A DNA stretch of 64,000 nucleotides, taken from Lama guanicoe. Taxonomy: Eukaryota. Position numbers and translations under genes: made by a program. Each line of letters opens with the position of its first letter. Position 1 is the stretch's first letter. Shown piece after piece: positions 63,371 through 64,000 of the stretch. The stretch spans positions 406,676-470,675 of the forward strand of contig MU053629.1 of assembly GCA_013239625.1 (NCBI GenBank), written 5' to 3'. Below the pieces are notes generated by a model that worked only from the letters and a program-made list of their open reading frames with translations, searched no databases and was not told the origin of the DNA.

Positions 63371-64000
63371 TTGAAACAAATCTGAGAGAGAGAGAAGGAT
63401 TTGTAAAATCACCTCTGTGATGGGTGTGTTTTCAGTCTCACTACATTGTTTTGCTCAAGACCATTTAATTATGTATGTAGCTGTCTCGTTTTCTGAGAGG
63501 AGTGTGTTTGTTTAATTCCTTACATATTTAGTCCTTGCCAGGGTGCAGGGTTAAGTTCGAGGCACTTCCTGGTCGCTTGCATGGAAGGAGGAAGAGAGTG
63601 TCCTACTTCAAGCCTTCCCCTCTGTGTTCTCACTGTCCTCTTATTCCTCAGGTACGTTGACAGTGGAGTATGTCTGGCCCTTTGAATTCTGGGCCAGAGG
63701 TGCTGCAATAGCACACTTGAAGCTTGAAGGGCAAGGTGATTATGAGGAGTTTTTTGCTGCAGAGTAGAGGTCACATCACACCCCTGTCTTTCTTCCCTGT
63801 GACTGAGTTTCTCACATCTGTGCCGTAGTTTTGAGGAGAGCCAGCAGCGGCTGATGTGGGTGTGGGGGCCCTGGGGTCGGGCTAGCAGGGCCCCTGATGG
63901 ACGTGTGAACTGGGTTCTTGACACTGGTAACGCTGGCTTGACAAATGGTGGTGAGACTCTCAAGGATTAAAGAAAGCGGGATGTTTAAGTGATACTACCT

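Overview
Eukaryotic (mammalian) genomic DNA, most likely camelid (camel/alpaca/llama): it carries five copies of a tRNA-Ala(AGC)-derived SINE of the camelid Vic-1 type plus artiodactyl-style L1 3' ends. I recognise no protein-coding exon, functional RNA gene, CRISPR array or prokaryotic feature, and the ORF track is essentially noise or translated repeats. The window looks like the interior of a long intron, probably transcribed on the + strand (inferred from T/G-richness of the + strand and mostly antisense L1/SINE copies); I cannot name the host gene. Content is a layered record of transposable elements: young SINEs with TSDs, truncated L1s of several ages, ERV/MaLR solo LTRs, MER53/MER20/MER5 DNA elements, MIR and L2. 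The most notable local structures are a substitution-free ~210-bp tandem duplication (1620-2049), a head-to-head pair of intact solo LTRs with TSDs (13085-14213), a 6x25-bp G-rich minisatellite (34391-34540) and three candidate + strand exons, the best at 23334-23423. I found no evidence for a novel multi-gene system. Repeat family names come from recalled consensus sequences, not from a database search, and boundaries without TSDs are approximate.
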